This document shows, one piece after another, positions 1-9,537 of a stretch of DNA of 64,000 nucleotides. Numbering within the stretch: the first letter of the stretch is position 1; the number at the start of each line of letters is the position of its first letter. The stretch comes from an uncultured Bacteriovoracaceae bacterium (GTDB lineage: Bacteria; Bdellovibrionota; UBA1018; UBA923): assembly GCA_964572865.1 (NCBI GenBank), contig CAZNGN010000009.1, positions 4,524-68,523 of the forward strand, given 5' to 3'. The notes below the pieces were generated by a model. The model did no database searches. It saw only the letters and a list, made by a program, of their open reading frames with translations, and was not told where the DNA came from. The position numbers were made by a program, and so were the translations under genes.

Positions 1-46
1 ATCTTTTTAAATTTGATGAAGTATTACGATGTTTATCGAATGAAAT

Positions 47-123
47 TGGTCGAGCCGACTGGATTTGAACCAGCGACCACCACCACCCCAAGATGGTGCG
101 CTACCAGGCTGCGCTACGGCTCG
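47..123 (-). tRNA. tRNA-Pro (anticodon GGG), 77 nt
   Basis: The reverse complement folds as a cloverleaf. Acceptor stem CGAGCCG/CGGCTCG, D-arm GCGC-AGCCTGGTA-GCGC, anticodon stem CCATC/GGTGG with loop TTGGGGT, T-arm GCTGG-TTCAAAT-CCAGT, and 3' ACCA. Confidence 0.8.
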
Positions 124-193
124 ACACATTAATTTGGGTAGTGCGAATTAAAAATTAAATTATGAAAAGAGACAAATAAGGTCAAGTCACTTT

Positions 194-838
194 CTACTTA
201 ACATCGAATGTCATTGTTCCACTAAGTGAAATTATATGTGAATTTGGTATCAATTGGTTCTCACATTCTTTAGGATCATCTCCCAACGGTTGACCTGCCC
301 CACAAAACCAAGATGATGACATGCTATTAAACCTCACGGTTGGCATATAATCATAAGATAGATCTAACCATACTTTCTTATCTGGGCTTAATTCATATAT
401 TTTATACCCAACAGTTGCTCCATAAACCATTTTCATAAAAAAAGGTTGAGAAGGATTAGAGTTATGAATCGTTCCCAATCCCAAACGCGCATTAACATAA
501 AATGATTTATTTTCACTCGTGAAATATTTTACGCCTAAAAATCCATAGTAACGATAAATTAAACCAGAGTATTTTCCTTCAATTTTTTCATGAATAAAAG
601 GATGCATGATCGAAAATTCAGTTAAAAACGGAATAGATTTAGAAAACTGAACATCAACTCCCAACGCAGCTCTTGCTCCCCAAAAAGCTCCGTTAGCTGA
701 TTGAATTGCCGGACCAACTGATACAAAATAATTTTCTTTTTTGGGAAATTCGTTTTGTATCATCTCTTGATCATCTTGCAATTGAGCAAAACAAACACTT
801 GTGCCGTAAAACAAAAATAAGAACGCTAGAACTTTCAT
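194..838 (-). CDS. Hypothetical secreted protein
   Basis: N-terminal signal peptide MKVLAFLFLFYGTSVCFA, Tyr/Gly-rich. It lies immediately downstream of lpxC on the same strand. No family recognised. Confidence 0.45.
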   Translation of the reverse strand: MKVLAFLFLFYGTSVCFAQLQDDQEMIQNEFPKKENYFVSVGPAIQSANGAFWGARAALGVDVQFSKSIPFLTEFSIMHPFIHEKIEGKYSGLIYRYYGFLGVKYFTSENKSFYVNARLGLGTIHNSNPSQPFFMKMVYGATVGYKIYELSPDKKVWLDLSYDYMPTVRFNSMSSSWFCGAGQPLGDDPKECENQLIPNSHIISLSGTMTFDVK

Positions 839-844
839 TTGAAT

Positions 845-1786
845 TTAGTATGCGTGAACTAATGAAGGCTGTAAAGATTCAACCTCTGCTGATTCATCGT
901 TGGCGTCATCACGAGAGGCGCCGAGTTCAACGATTTCATAACAAGTTGGATCTGATAAAACTTTTCTTAAGAAAGCAGCATGTAAATCATGTCCTGATTT
1001 ATGAATTTCGATAGAAGCTTCAATTGCTGTTCCTAATAATGCAAAATCACCGATTGCATCTAAAACTTTGTGACGGATGAATTCGTTTTTGTAACGTAAT
1101 CCTTCAGGATTTAAAACTTTTTCTTCATCAAGTACGATTGCATTCTGTAATGAACCGCCTAATGCTAAACCTTTTTTGTGTAAATAAGCTACTTCTTTTG
1201 CAAATCCGAATGTACGTGCAGAAGAAATTTCTTTTACGAAATCTTTATCATAACTATATCTAAAAATTTGATCGCCAATTACTTTATGAGCAAAGCTAAT
1301 TGATCCTTTGATTGCAAATTGGTCTGAAGGAGTTGCTTCAATCCATTTGTCTCCAGCGCGAACAGAAACAGCTTGAGTTAAACGTAACACTTTTTTGTTT
1401 GCAGATTGTTCTCTAACACCAGCTGCTAAAATCGCATCTACGAATTCTTTTGAAGATCCATCCATAATCGGAACTTCAGCGCCGTCTACTTCAATAATGG
1501 CATTGTCGATACCAAGGCCTGCAATGGCAGCCATTAAGTGTTCAACGGTTGCTACTTGAATTCCTTCATGTGCAATGGTTGTACATAAATCTGTTCTAGA
1601 AACTTTTGAAATATCTGCTTTAATTCTAGGAAGTGAAAGAATATCACTTCTTAAGAATACGATTCCGTGATTGATCGGAGCTGGGTGGATAACACAACGA
1701 ACTGTGTGTCCAGAATGAAGGCCGACACCTTTAAGTACCACTTTCTCATTCAATGTCTTTTGCTTCCACATATTCCGCTTTTTCAT
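845..1786 (-). CDS. lpxC: UDP-3-O-acyl-N-acetylglucosamine deacetylase LpxC
   Basis: N-terminal TL(N)EKVVLKGVGLHSG block and the HKVLDAIGD zinc/active-site motif, both typical of LpxC. Length 313 aa. Confidence 0.93.
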   Translation of the reverse strand: MKKRNMWKQKTLNEKVVLKGVGLHSGHTVRCVIHPAPINHGIVFLRSDILSLPRIKADISKVSRTDLCTTIAHEGIQVATVEHLMAAIAGLGIDNAIIEVDGAEVPIMDGSSKEFVDAILAAGVREQSANKKVLRLTQAVSVRAGDKWIEATPSDQFAIKGSISFAHKVIGDQIFRYSYDKDFVKEISSARTFGFAKEVAYLHKKGLALGGSLQNAIVLDEEKVLNPEGLRYKNEFIRHKVLDAIGDFALLGTAIEASIEIHKSGHDLHAAFLRKVLSDPTCYEIVELGASRDDANDESAEVESLQPSLVHAY

Positions 1787-1909
1787 ATGAATGTGTTACC
1801 CTTTCAAATTCCTTCCACTTATCACTAACTATCGCAATCGTTGTGCCAAAGATCAAAATCACTAGGTAATTTTTTTCACTATTAATTTCAAATACTTACA
1901 AAAACATAG

Positions 1910-2091
1910 TTGACCATATAGGTATTTTTTTCCTAATGATTTCGTGTTGTTAACAGCACAGTCTTTATTGTGTGTTGCACCCAACACACACTCACCGAGT
2001 GCTAAAAACCTGCTTTAACGAGGCAGGTTTATGCCTGAAACATTCACTATTATCAAGAAAATAGTGCGCCGCGTTTAACCTTTTTTTAAGC
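1910..2091 (+). promoter_or_regulatory. Putative sigma70-like promoter (TTGACC-18nt-TAATGA) followed by a structured leader with three hairpins and a T-run
   Basis: TTGACC at about 1910. Hairpins at about 1970-1989 (GTGTGTTG/CAACACAC), 2007-2029 (AACCTGC/GCAGGTT) and 2044-2065 (CACTATT/AATAGTG), then a T7 run at 2081-2087 just before the lipoprotein gene start at 2104. Confidence 0.3.
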
Positions 2092-2103
2092 TATGTTAAT
2101 GTC

Positions 2104-2937
2104 ATGAAATTATTATTTATTCTTATTGTTCCTGTCTTGTTTTTAGCGTGCTCAACACCTGAAAAACATCACCTTTCTATTAATCATTTTGAAACTTCAG
2201 AAGCATTGGGAGGCATCAATCACGCAAGCGGTGAATTAAATTATAGTCCCCGTTTTCAACATATTTCGAGTGATCGATACATAACAAATCTTCCAACCAA
2301 CGATACAAAACAAGTGATACGCGATAATACAGATGCAATTTCGGCAGTTGGAAGAATGGGAATTTTTCAAAAACTAGATGTCATATTAAATTTAGATAAT
2401 TCTCCAGCAATTTTTAGAGCAAAGTATCAAGTTCTTGGCGACGATCGATTGAATGCTAAATTAAATAATTTTTCTACAGCAATTTATTTAGGATATGGAA
2501 ACGAAACTGTAAAAGGGAGTGAAAGCATTTATGGTGAAACCACTCCTACTAATCCACTTGTTTGTATTTTAACTTTAGGACTTGCATGCAGTACAACTGA
2601 TACATACAAAGCGGAATACGAATCGCATTACAAAATGTATGAAGTGGGCGTACGCACAGGATATCGTTTAAAAGAAAATGTACTTGCATATGCAGGACCC
2701 ACAATTATTTCAACACCCTATTCAGGCACAGTGAAATATTCTCACAACTCAGCTGAAACAAGATCAGTGAATTACTCAAGTAAACTCATGCTTTATATTT
2801 TTTCTTTAGGAACAGAAATATCAGCTCCTGGCTCTCGACTTGTTTTAAAGTTTGAAGCCAATTTTACTAAAGCAAAAGATGGAGCTTATAATAAATCATT
2901 TTTTAGTCCAGCGGCTGCATTTGGATTTGCGCTTTAA
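2104..2937 (+). CDS. Hypothetical lipoprotein
   Basis: Signal peptide with lipobox-like LFLAC. No family recognised. Confidence 0.5.
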   Translation: MKLLFILIVPVLFLACSTPEKHHLSINHFETSEALGGINHASGELNYSPRFQHISSDRYITNLPTNDTKQVIRDNTDAISAVGRMGIFQKLDVILNLDNSPAIFRAKYQVLGDDRLNAKLNNFSTAIYLGYGNETVKGSESIYGETTPTNPLVCILTLGLACSTTDTYKAEYESHYKMYEVGVRTGYRLKENVLAYAGPTIISTPYSGTVKYSHNSAETRSVNYSSKLMLYIFSLGTEISAPGSRLVLKFEANFTKAKDGAYNKSFFSPAAAFGFAL

Positions 2938-2943
2938 TTCTGA

Positions 2944-3978
2944 TTACAGTAAATCTGCTTGAACTGCGCGCTTAAAATTCTTTCCTAATAAATCAAATGC
3001 TTTTTTAGTGGCAAGTCTTCCGCGAGGTGTACGTTGAATAAAACCTTCCTGTAACAAGAAAGGTTCATACACATCTTCAAGTGTGTGTGCTTCTTCTGAG
3101 ATTGAAGCAGATAATGTTTCAATTCCTACAGGACCCCCATCGAATTTTTCAATGATTGTCGCCAATATTCTGCGATCCATTGAATCGAGTCCATTTCCAT
3201 CTACTTCAAGTAATTTTAATCCGGCGTGTGCTGCGGCCAATGTAATCACGCCCTCTTCTTTTACTTGAGCGTAATCGCGAACACGACGTAATAAGCGATT
3301 TGCAATACGTGGAGTTCCTCTTGATCTGCGAGAAATTTCAGAAGCACCGGTTGGCTCAATTTCAATTCCTAAAATATTAGCAGAACGAACGATGATTTTT
3401 TGTAAATCTTCTGGTTTATAATAATCTAATCTAAAGTTAACACCAAATCGATCGCGCAAAGGTGTGGTGAGAAGACCTGTGCGAGTGGTAGCTCCCACTA
3501 AAGTAAATCTTGGTAAATCTATTTTTAAAGTTCTTGCGGCAGGGCCTTGTCCGATCACGATGTCTAGTTTGAAATCTTCCATTGCTCCGTAAAGCACCTC
3601 TTCAATTACTCGAGGCAATCTATGAATTTCGTCTATAAAAAGTACATCCATCGGATTTAAATTTGATAAGATTGCAGCAAGGTCGCCCTTTTTGTCGATC
3701 GATGGAGCTGCAATACAATGAAGTTGAGATCCCATTTGATTTGCAACAATGTGTGCAAGAGTAGTTTTTCCTAATCCCGGAGGCCCTGAAAACAAACAAT
3801 GGTCTAATGACTCATTTCTTTTTCTAGCTGCTTCAATATACATTTTTAAATTATTTACAACTGAGTGTTGACCGATATATTCAGAAAAATCTCTGGGACG
3901 AAGAGAACCCTCAACAGCAACTTCTTCATTTGCCACGTTTTGATCTAATATATTTTCTGAAACATTTTCATCGTTCAT
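2944..3978 (-). CDS. ruvB: Holliday junction branch migration ATPase RuvB
   Basis: Walker [12 protein letters not shown] and DEIHRL. Conserved RuvB blocks throughout. 344 aa. Confidence 0.95.
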   Translation of the reverse strand: MNDENVSENILDQNVANEEVAVEGSLRPRDFSEYIGQHSVVNNLKMYIEAARKRNESLDHCLFSGPPGLGKTTLAHIVANQMGSQLHCIAAPSIDKKGDLAAILSNLNPMDVLFIDEIHRLPRVIEEVLYGAMEDFKLDIVIGQGPAARTLKIDLPRFTLVGATTRTGLLTTPLRDRFGVNFRLDYYKPEDLQKIIVRSANILGIEIEPTGASEISRRSRGTPRIANRLLRRVRDYAQVKEEGVITLAAAHAGLKLLEVDGNGLDSMDRRILATIIEKFDGGPVGIETLSASISEEAHTLEDVYEPFLLQEGFIQRTPRGRLATKKAFDLLGKNFKRAVQADLL

Positions 3979-4631
3979 ACTTTTGCCATCCTCTGAAGTG
4001 ACATGCGAATGAGCTGTTCAACTTTTGGTTCACTTTCACTGCCTGATTTTTCTAAATCAATACTAATTTGTTTGATCACTTGGTTTGCTTCGGCATCTCG
4101 GTATCCTAAGCTTACCAACGCTTCAATAGCTTGCTTCATCACTGGACTTAAATAGCTTGCAGTTTGTGCAGGAGCCTGTGTTTTTCTAAAATCTTGTTTT
4201 AAATGGCCTGCGAATTTTCCGTTCGATAATTTTTCAATTTTGTCTTTGAGTTCAATCACCAAACGCTCTGCTGTTTTTTTGCCAACCCCAGGAGTTGACG
4301 TAAGCATTGCTTTGTCTTCGTGTAAAATCGCTTCACAAAGTTGAGCTGCGTCCATTTTGCTTAAAATGCCAATTCCTGTTTTTGGTCCAATGCCAGAAAC
4401 AGAAGTTATGATTTTAAACATTTCTTTTTCAAAAAGATTGTCGAATCCATAAAGCTCTAGAGCATCTTCGCGAACATTTGTGTAAATATGCAAGACAGCT
4501 TCTTGATTAACATGCAATCGTGATAAGAGCTTTGCACTTGGGTAAACTTCATAACCTACTCCCCCCACTAGAATCGTAAGGGCATTGTCTTCATTAATAG
4601 TTTGGATGTTACCGCTCAGAAGTGAAATCAC
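3975..4631 (-). CDS. ruvA: Holliday junction DNA helicase subunit RuvA
   Basis: HhH motifs ([17 protein letters not shown]), N-terminal OB domain, translationally coupled to ruvB. Confidence 0.9.
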   Translation of the reverse strand: MISLLSGNIQTINEDNALTILVGGVGYEVYPSAKLLSRLHVNQEAVLHIYTNVREDALELYGFDNLFEKEMFKIITSVSGIGPKTGIGILSKMDAAQLCEAILHEDKAMLTSTPGVGKKTAERLVIELKDKIEKLSNGKFAGHLKQDFRKTQAPAQTASYLSPVMKQAIEALVSLGYRDAEANQVIKQISIDLEKSGSESEPKVEQLIRMSLQRMAKV

Positions 4632-5161
4632 TTACCAATCTTATGAACCGCCTTGCTGCTTGGCAAGGAATTTGTCTTAAGCATGGCGTTGGTCTGAAGA
4701 TGCGCAATGGCAATTGCCAAAGCGTCAGAGGCATCTTTGGTTTTAAAATCACGCACTCCTAATAAAAGTGTAACCATTTTCGCTACTTGATCTTTGTCGG
4801 CATGCCCAAAGCCTGCGACAGCTGATTTGATTTCATTCGGACTATACTCAAAAAGTGGAATGCCTGATTCTTTAACAGCTAAAATCACAACTCCGCGGGC
4901 CATTCCCAGTTTCATTGCAGATACTGCATTTTTAGCAAAAAACATTTTTTCAATCGCTACTTCTGAAGGTTTTAATTCGTTGAGCAAAGCTTTGACCCGA
5001 TTGTAAATTTCAAGTAATCGATCATTCGAGTCAGTTTCGGTATTGAACTGAAGTGTACCGTAATTCTCTGTTGAAAGTTTATTTCCATTTTTTGAAACAA
5101 GTCCATAGCCCAAATTTCGTGAGCCAGGGTCTATGCCTAATGTTCTTGAAATGGTTAACAT
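4628..5161 (-). CDS. ruvC: Crossover junction endodeoxyribonuclease RuvC
   Basis: N-terminal LGIDPGSRNLGYG catalytic-Asp block. Overlaps the ruvA start by 4 nt. Confidence 0.9.
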   Translation of the reverse strand: MLTISRTLGIDPGSRNLGYGLVSKNGNKLSTENYGTLQFNTETDSNDRLLEIYNRVKALLNELKPSEVAIEKMFFAKNAVSAMKLGMARGVVILAVKESGIPLFEYSPNEIKSAVAGFGHADKDQVAKMVTLLLGVRDFKTKDASDALAIAIAHLQTNAMLKTNSLPSSKAVHKIGK

Positions 5162-5204
5162 AGATTAAACGTAGCTTTGTATTTTAAATACTTCAAGCAA
5201 ACAA

Positions 5205-6866
5205 TTAGTCAGTAAATGATTGAAAATAAAACAATGGAAGATTTGCTTCTAATATTCCACCATCAGATCCTGCAGGCTGTGGTGGTGGATCCGCATATAT
5301 AACATAACCATCTAATGATATATCTTCTAAGTAATACCCCAATGTATTTGCATAAGTTGTGGCTGCATTATAGATATCACTATCATCTGTAATATCGACA
5401 AAGCCATCATGACTTTCATCACCAGATACCATCACTGCTTTTGAATTAACCAATTTCTGACTGCTGCCAAACTCTTTATTTACAGCAGTGGTAAAATCAT
5501 AAACCGTTGGTCTAAATCCTGTTGTAACTGTATTTGCACTTGCGATCGCAATATGGTTTCGATGGCGAATTACAATTGTGCCTGTATCACCTGCAGGCAT
5601 ACATACAATTGTTTTTCCATCTGTATCTACAATTAAACCATCACTACGTACTAAAGCAGCTCTTCGTTGCTGACGATCACCGGGTGCTGGATTTACTCCA
5701 CCAGTTTTATATAGATCAACCAAAACCCAATCTACAATATTATTGTCTTTCATCATTGCTCGAGACATAGATTCAGTTCCGGCATAGTTCCATGGTGCTG
5801 TATTGTAAGGTTGCCCAGTCGGTACCAAATTATTTGTAGATAAAGTTGTGCTCATAGTTGTGCCGTTAAACGGTCCTTCTAAAAATGCCTTTATTTTGAA
5901 TTCAGCTCCTGCACACCAGGTTTCGGGATAATCTTCAAAATAACCTGACATATTATTAACATCTGCCAAATTAACATCAGCATTTGTCACTACTCCATCA
6001 AAATTTAAATCTGATGGTGCATACCCTGTAACTCCAAAAATTCTATCATTATCAATGATAGCCGACACATCTCCACCATCTGTAAATCCATCTTTTGAAC
6101 TACTTACCTGAAAGTCACTGTAAGTATCACCGGCAATCATAACGTATTTACCACTGACAAGTTTTAATTGCATAGAAGTTAAATTCAAATCATAGGCTTG
6201 GGTTAATGCTGTTGTGAAATCATACAAAGTTGGACTAGAACCGAGCGCAACTGTGTTTGAACTCATGATTCCTAAATGGCTTCTGTGTTTAATAACTACA
6301 TAATAATTTCCTGCAGAAACATTTTTTGAATCAAAACATAGTGAATCTGAATATGACCCAGAAGGATCAATTACATTTCCATTTTTTGTAAGCAATGCTG
6401 CACGTCTTGAAACGATTGTATTTTCAGCAGTGCCAGAACGGAGATCAATCAATACCCAATCCACCACAAAATTCGCACTGAGAACTCCAGAAGTTGTGGT
6501 TTCAGAACCATCATAATAAAACGGACCGACTGAATACGGTTGAGAAGTTGGAATTAAATTACTGTCTAATAATCCAGTACTCATTGTTGTACCGTTAAAT
6601 GGTCCTTCTAAAATTGCTTTCACCTTAATTTGCTTACTACAACTAGTTGTACTTTCAGTAGCTGGAGTTGAGCTGCCCGTACCTTCATCTGTAGTTTGAT
6701 TTTTAAAAGTAGGTGAACATGATGTAAATGTTAGCAATGAAACAAATGTCATGATCGCAAACCAAAATACATTACGAAGTATTTTATTTTTATTTTTTAA
6801 GCTTACGTACTTCATAAAAATTGCACCTTTTCTTATTATTATAGCATGGTGCAAGACGTATTTCAT
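5205..6866 (-). CDS. Secreted or lipo-protein with an internal tandem duplication of a ~260-aa module
   Basis: Two consecutive homologous modules (KVKAILEGPFNGTTMST...VDWVLIDLR...YDFTTA and KIKAFLEGPFNGTTMST...VDWVLVDLY...YDFTTA). The real start is probably the internal Met at about 6815 (MKYVSLKNK..., hydrophobic segment ending TSC). Confidence 0.6.
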   Translation of the reverse strand: MKYVLHHAIIIRKGAIFMKYVSLKNKNKILRNVFWFAIMTFVSLLTFTSCSPTFKNQTTDEGTGSSTPATESTTSCSKQIKVKAILEGPFNGTTMSTGLLDSNLIPTSQPYSVGPFYYDGSETTTSGVLSANFVVDWVLIDLRSGTAENTIVSRRAALLTKNGNVIDPSGSYSDSLCFDSKNVSAGNYYVVIKHRSHLGIMSSNTVALGSSPTLYDFTTALTQAYDLNLTSMQLKLVSGKYVMIAGDTYSDFQVSSSKDGFTDGGDVSAIIDNDRIFGVTGYAPSDLNFDGVVTNADVNLADVNNMSGYFEDYPETWCAGAEFKIKAFLEGPFNGTTMSTTLSTNNLVPTGQPYNTAPWNYAGTESMSRAMMKDNNIVDWVLVDLYKTGGVNPAPGDRQQRRAALVRSDGLIVDTDGKTIVCMPAGDTGTIVIRHRNHIAIASANTVTTGFRPTVYDFTTAVNKEFGSSQKLVNSKAVMVSGDESHDGFVDITDDSDIYNAATTYANTLGYYLEDISLDGYVIYADPPPQPAGSDGGILEANLPLFYFQSFTD

Positions 6867-6918
6867 CGTTTTGTATACGTTGTAATTATTAGTAAATTTT
6901 TATATTGTTAATTTTATT

Positions 6919-8046
6919 TTATAATTTCTTATCGTAAATTCGATAAGTCTTATACATGGTGGCGTTCATTAACTTCAAACCTCCATTCATCGGTTTATTG
7001 TCTTCTAAAACCCAAGAGCATTCGCAGACCGGAAAACCATTCGCAGGACCTTCAGTTAAGTATCGCATATACATCAGTGGAGCCAATCCTAACGATTGAA
7101 ACTTCTTGCGAACTCCCAAAGTTAGCATTCTTCCGCGATTCATAATTTTTTTAACTTTTGTGTAATACAAAAGCTTTAACAAACCAGTTGGAAATAATTT
7201 TCCATCTCTGATTTTAGAAAAAATTTGATTCACATCAGGTAAGAATAATGAAAATGCTGCAATTTCTCCGCGCACTTCAACAATGTATAACAACTCCGGA
7301 ATCACCACAGGCTTCATCTCTTTAGCCATATGTCGAAACTCATCATCCGTCATGGGAACGAATTCCCAATTTTTTTCCCAAGCGTCGTTATATACTTGTA
7401 AAATACGTTCAATTTCTGCGTCGTAATCTTTCATGTTCACATGGCGAAACGTAATGTGCTCAGCATGTTCTAATGCTTTCGCACGATTCACAAGTTTTTC
7501 ATCAAATTTACAGTCTCCGCTTACAAGCCACGCGTACAAATCTTTGGCTTTTGTCAAACCAGCACCATCCATTAATTTTGGATAATATTCTGGATTTTGC
7601 GTCATCATGATAAATGGTTTTGTATCAAACGCAGAAACCTGCATTCCACATTCATGATTCGTTGATGGATTCATAGGTCCACGTAACGTTTCACTGCCAT
7701 TGGCTTTTGCCCAATCACTTGCGGTTTTAAGTAATGCATCTGTTACGCTTTGATCGTTCACAGATTCAAAAAATCCAAAGTGTGCGGTTTTTTCACCATG
7801 AAAATCGTTATGATTTTTGTCGATGAACGCAGCGATTCGCCCTACTCGCTTGCCCTCTTTATACGCAACCCATTTACTAAATTGCGTATGTTTAAAATAA
7901 GGATTTTTATTTGGATTCAAAACATCTTTTACAGCAATTTTTAGAGGCGGAACCCAATTATCGTCTTTACCATGTAAATCCCATGGTAAATCGATAAAGT
8001 CTTTTTCTTCACTTGAGCTAGTTACAACTCGAACATCAATAGACAT
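6919..8046 (-). CDS. Hypothetical protein, GNAT-like N-acyltransferase candidate (possible ceramide-synthase-like partner of SPT)
   Basis: 375 aa, cytoplasmic. Shares its first nucleotide with the stop of the upstream SPT-like gene (translational coupling). The acyltransferase fold is inferred, not proven. Confidence 0.4.
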   Translation of the reverse strand: MSIDVRVVTSSSEEKDFIDLPWDLHGKDDNWVPPLKIAVKDVLNPNKNPYFKHTQFSKWVAYKEGKRVGRIAAFIDKNHNDFHGEKTAHFGFFESVNDQSVTDALLKTASDWAKANGSETLRGPMNPSTNHECGMQVSAFDTKPFIMMTQNPEYYPKLMDGAGLTKAKDLYAWLVSGDCKFDEKLVNRAKALEHAEHITFRHVNMKDYDAEIERILQVYNDAWEKNWEFVPMTDDEFRHMAKEMKPVVIPELLYIVEVRGEIAAFSLFLPDVNQIFSKIRDGKLFPTGLLKLLYYTKVKKIMNRGRMLTLGVRKKFQSLGLAPLMYMRYLTEGPANGFPVCECSWVLEDNKPMNGGLKLMNATMYKTYRIYDKKL

Positions 8047-9251
8047 TAAATTACACCAAATTCTTTTCCTAATTTTTTAAACACTTCTAACACATATTCA
8101 AGATCTTCATCTTGATGTGATGCCATATAGCTTGTTCTAATTAACGCTTTTCCTTCGGGAGCTGCTGGCTTCACAACGGGAGTAGCAAACACACCATTTT
8201 CATAAAGCGCTTTTGTGAACATAAATGTTTTAATGTCATCACCAATTACAACTGGAATGATTGGCGTTTGGCTGCCCATTGTATCAAAACCTAATTCTGT
8301 AAAACCTTTTTTCATTTTTGTAGCATTCTGCCAAAGTTTTAAAAGAATTTCTGGTTCGTCTTCAATCACATTCATACATTCGAGTACGGTAGCAACTGCT
8401 GCTGGCGGCATTGCTGCTGAAAACATAAATGGGCGTGCTTTGTGTTTAATATAATGAATCGTGTCTTCATCTCCCGCAATAAATCCGCCGATCGAAGCGT
8501 ATGATTTAGAAAATGTGCCCATGATGATATCTACTCCATCAGTTAAGTTGAAGTGGTCTCCTGTGCCGCGGCCTAATTTTCCTAAAACTCCTAAACTGTG
8601 AGCATCGTCGATGTAAAGTTTAGCATCAAACTTGTGAGCAAGTCTTACTAAACCTGGTAGATCAACGATATCTCCTGACATAGAAAAAATTCCGTCTGCG
8701 ATGATCATGGCACCGTCATATTGATCTATTTTTTCAGTCATGATTTTTTCAAGATCAACAATATCATTGTGAGGAAATTTAATAGTATCGCCCAAAGCAA
8801 GTCTAGTTCCTTCAATAATGGAAGCATGGTTCTCACGATCAGAAAAAATCACATCGTTTTTACCAATCAAACATGAAATCGCACCTTGGTTTGCCAAAAA
8901 TCCAGTTGAGAAAACAAGTGCTGATTGCTTTCCTAAAAATCGTGCTAATTTTTCTTCTAATTCTTCGTGTGAAGAAAGGTTGCCATTTAAAAATCGTGAT
9001 CCAGTACAACCTGTTCCAAACTGATCGATTGCGCGTTTGGCTGCTTCTTTAACTCTTGGATGATGAGTTAAACCTAAATAGTTGTTTGAACCAATCATCA
9101 CTCTTTTGGTGCCATTGGTTACAACACTTGAGCCGGTTGAGCTCTCAATCGCTCTAAAGAATGGGTATAACCCAGCGTTCATTAGCATTTTCGCATCTTC
9201 AAAGCTGCGACACTTCGTAAATAAGTCATGATTCAATTCTTGGTTTAACAT
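8046..9251 (-). CDS. spt: Alpha-oxoamine synthase family PLP enzyme, most like serine palmitoyltransferase
   Basis: PLP-lysine block GTFSKSYASIGGF (the SPT-type spelling), DDAHSLG, FSTGFLANQGAIS and SGDIVDLPGL. Start set at 9251, where AAGGAGA lies 7 nt upstream of ATG. The ORF track extends to 9308. Confidence 0.7.
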   Translation of the reverse strand: MLNQELNHDLFTKCRSFEDAKMLMNAGLYPFFRAIESSTGSSVVTNGTKRVMIGSNNYLGLTHHPRVKEAAKRAIDQFGTGCTGSRFLNGNLSSHEELEEKLARFLGKQSALVFSTGFLANQGAISCLIGKNDVIFSDRENHASIIEGTRLALGDTIKFPHNDIVDLEKIMTEKIDQYDGAMIIADGIFSMSGDIVDLPGLVRLAHKFDAKLYIDDAHSLGVLGKLGRGTGDHFNLTDGVDIIMGTFSKSYASIGGFIAGDEDTIHYIKHKARPFMFSAAMPPAAVATVLECMNVIEDEPEILLKLWQNATKMKKGFTELGFDTMGSQTPIIPVVIGDDIKTFMFTKALYENGVFATPVVKPAAPEGKALIRTSYMASHQDEDLEYVLEVFKKLGKEFGVI

Positions 9252-9537
9252 TCTACATCTCCTTTTTATTGGTGCGTAATTTACTACACACCTACCAACA
9301 CTCACCATACAGAGTCAAGAATATTTGGCTGCAAATACTTGATATTAATGGTCAATTAATTATTTTAATAATTTCAATAATTTCACTAAAGTTTTTGCCC
9401 AGTCTGCCGATAAGTTATATACGGTTAAGTATATTTTTGCGTACAAAGATACGCACTAACATACTGTTAGGCTTAAGAAGAACAAATACGGTTTTAGAGG
9501 CTCCTTTTGTTGCACAAAAGCAGACTAAGGAGTTGTC

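Noticed and set aside
706-1014. Short ORFs (60-150 aa) lying inside or antisense to larger conserved genes throughout the window (for example 706..1014, 3083..3268, 4794..5006, 5534..5770, 7750..7944, 8215..8454, 8818..9024, 12783..12974, 13173..13592, 13959..14201, 16207..16440, 16705..16971, 19871..20131, 22698..22880, 24158..24400, 25122..25361, 27173..27361, 29440..29739, 32384..32938, 35589..36571, 37265..37642, 38445..38717, 39266..39487, 43573..44491, 49508..49711, 51748..52302, 52751..53032, 54043..54285, 54870..55124, 55264..55908, 58479..60814, 62128..63711)
   Set aside because: Each overlaps, on the other strand or frame, a gene with strong family-level motifs (LpxC, RuvB, SPT, Ugd, GT9, SpeA, CarA, PyrB, LepA, ClpB, DegP, HtpX and others). 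They have no RBS and no recognisable motifs, and their composition is typical of spurious frames in AT-rich DNA.
8046-9308. Alternative identity of the alpha-oxoamine synthase as BioF (biotin) or KBL (threonine degradation)
   Set aside because: The PLP-lysine block is GTFSKS, the SPT spelling, rather than GTL(S/G)KA. No bioA/bioD/bioB or tdh genes are adjacent. This is still to be confirmed by phylogeny.
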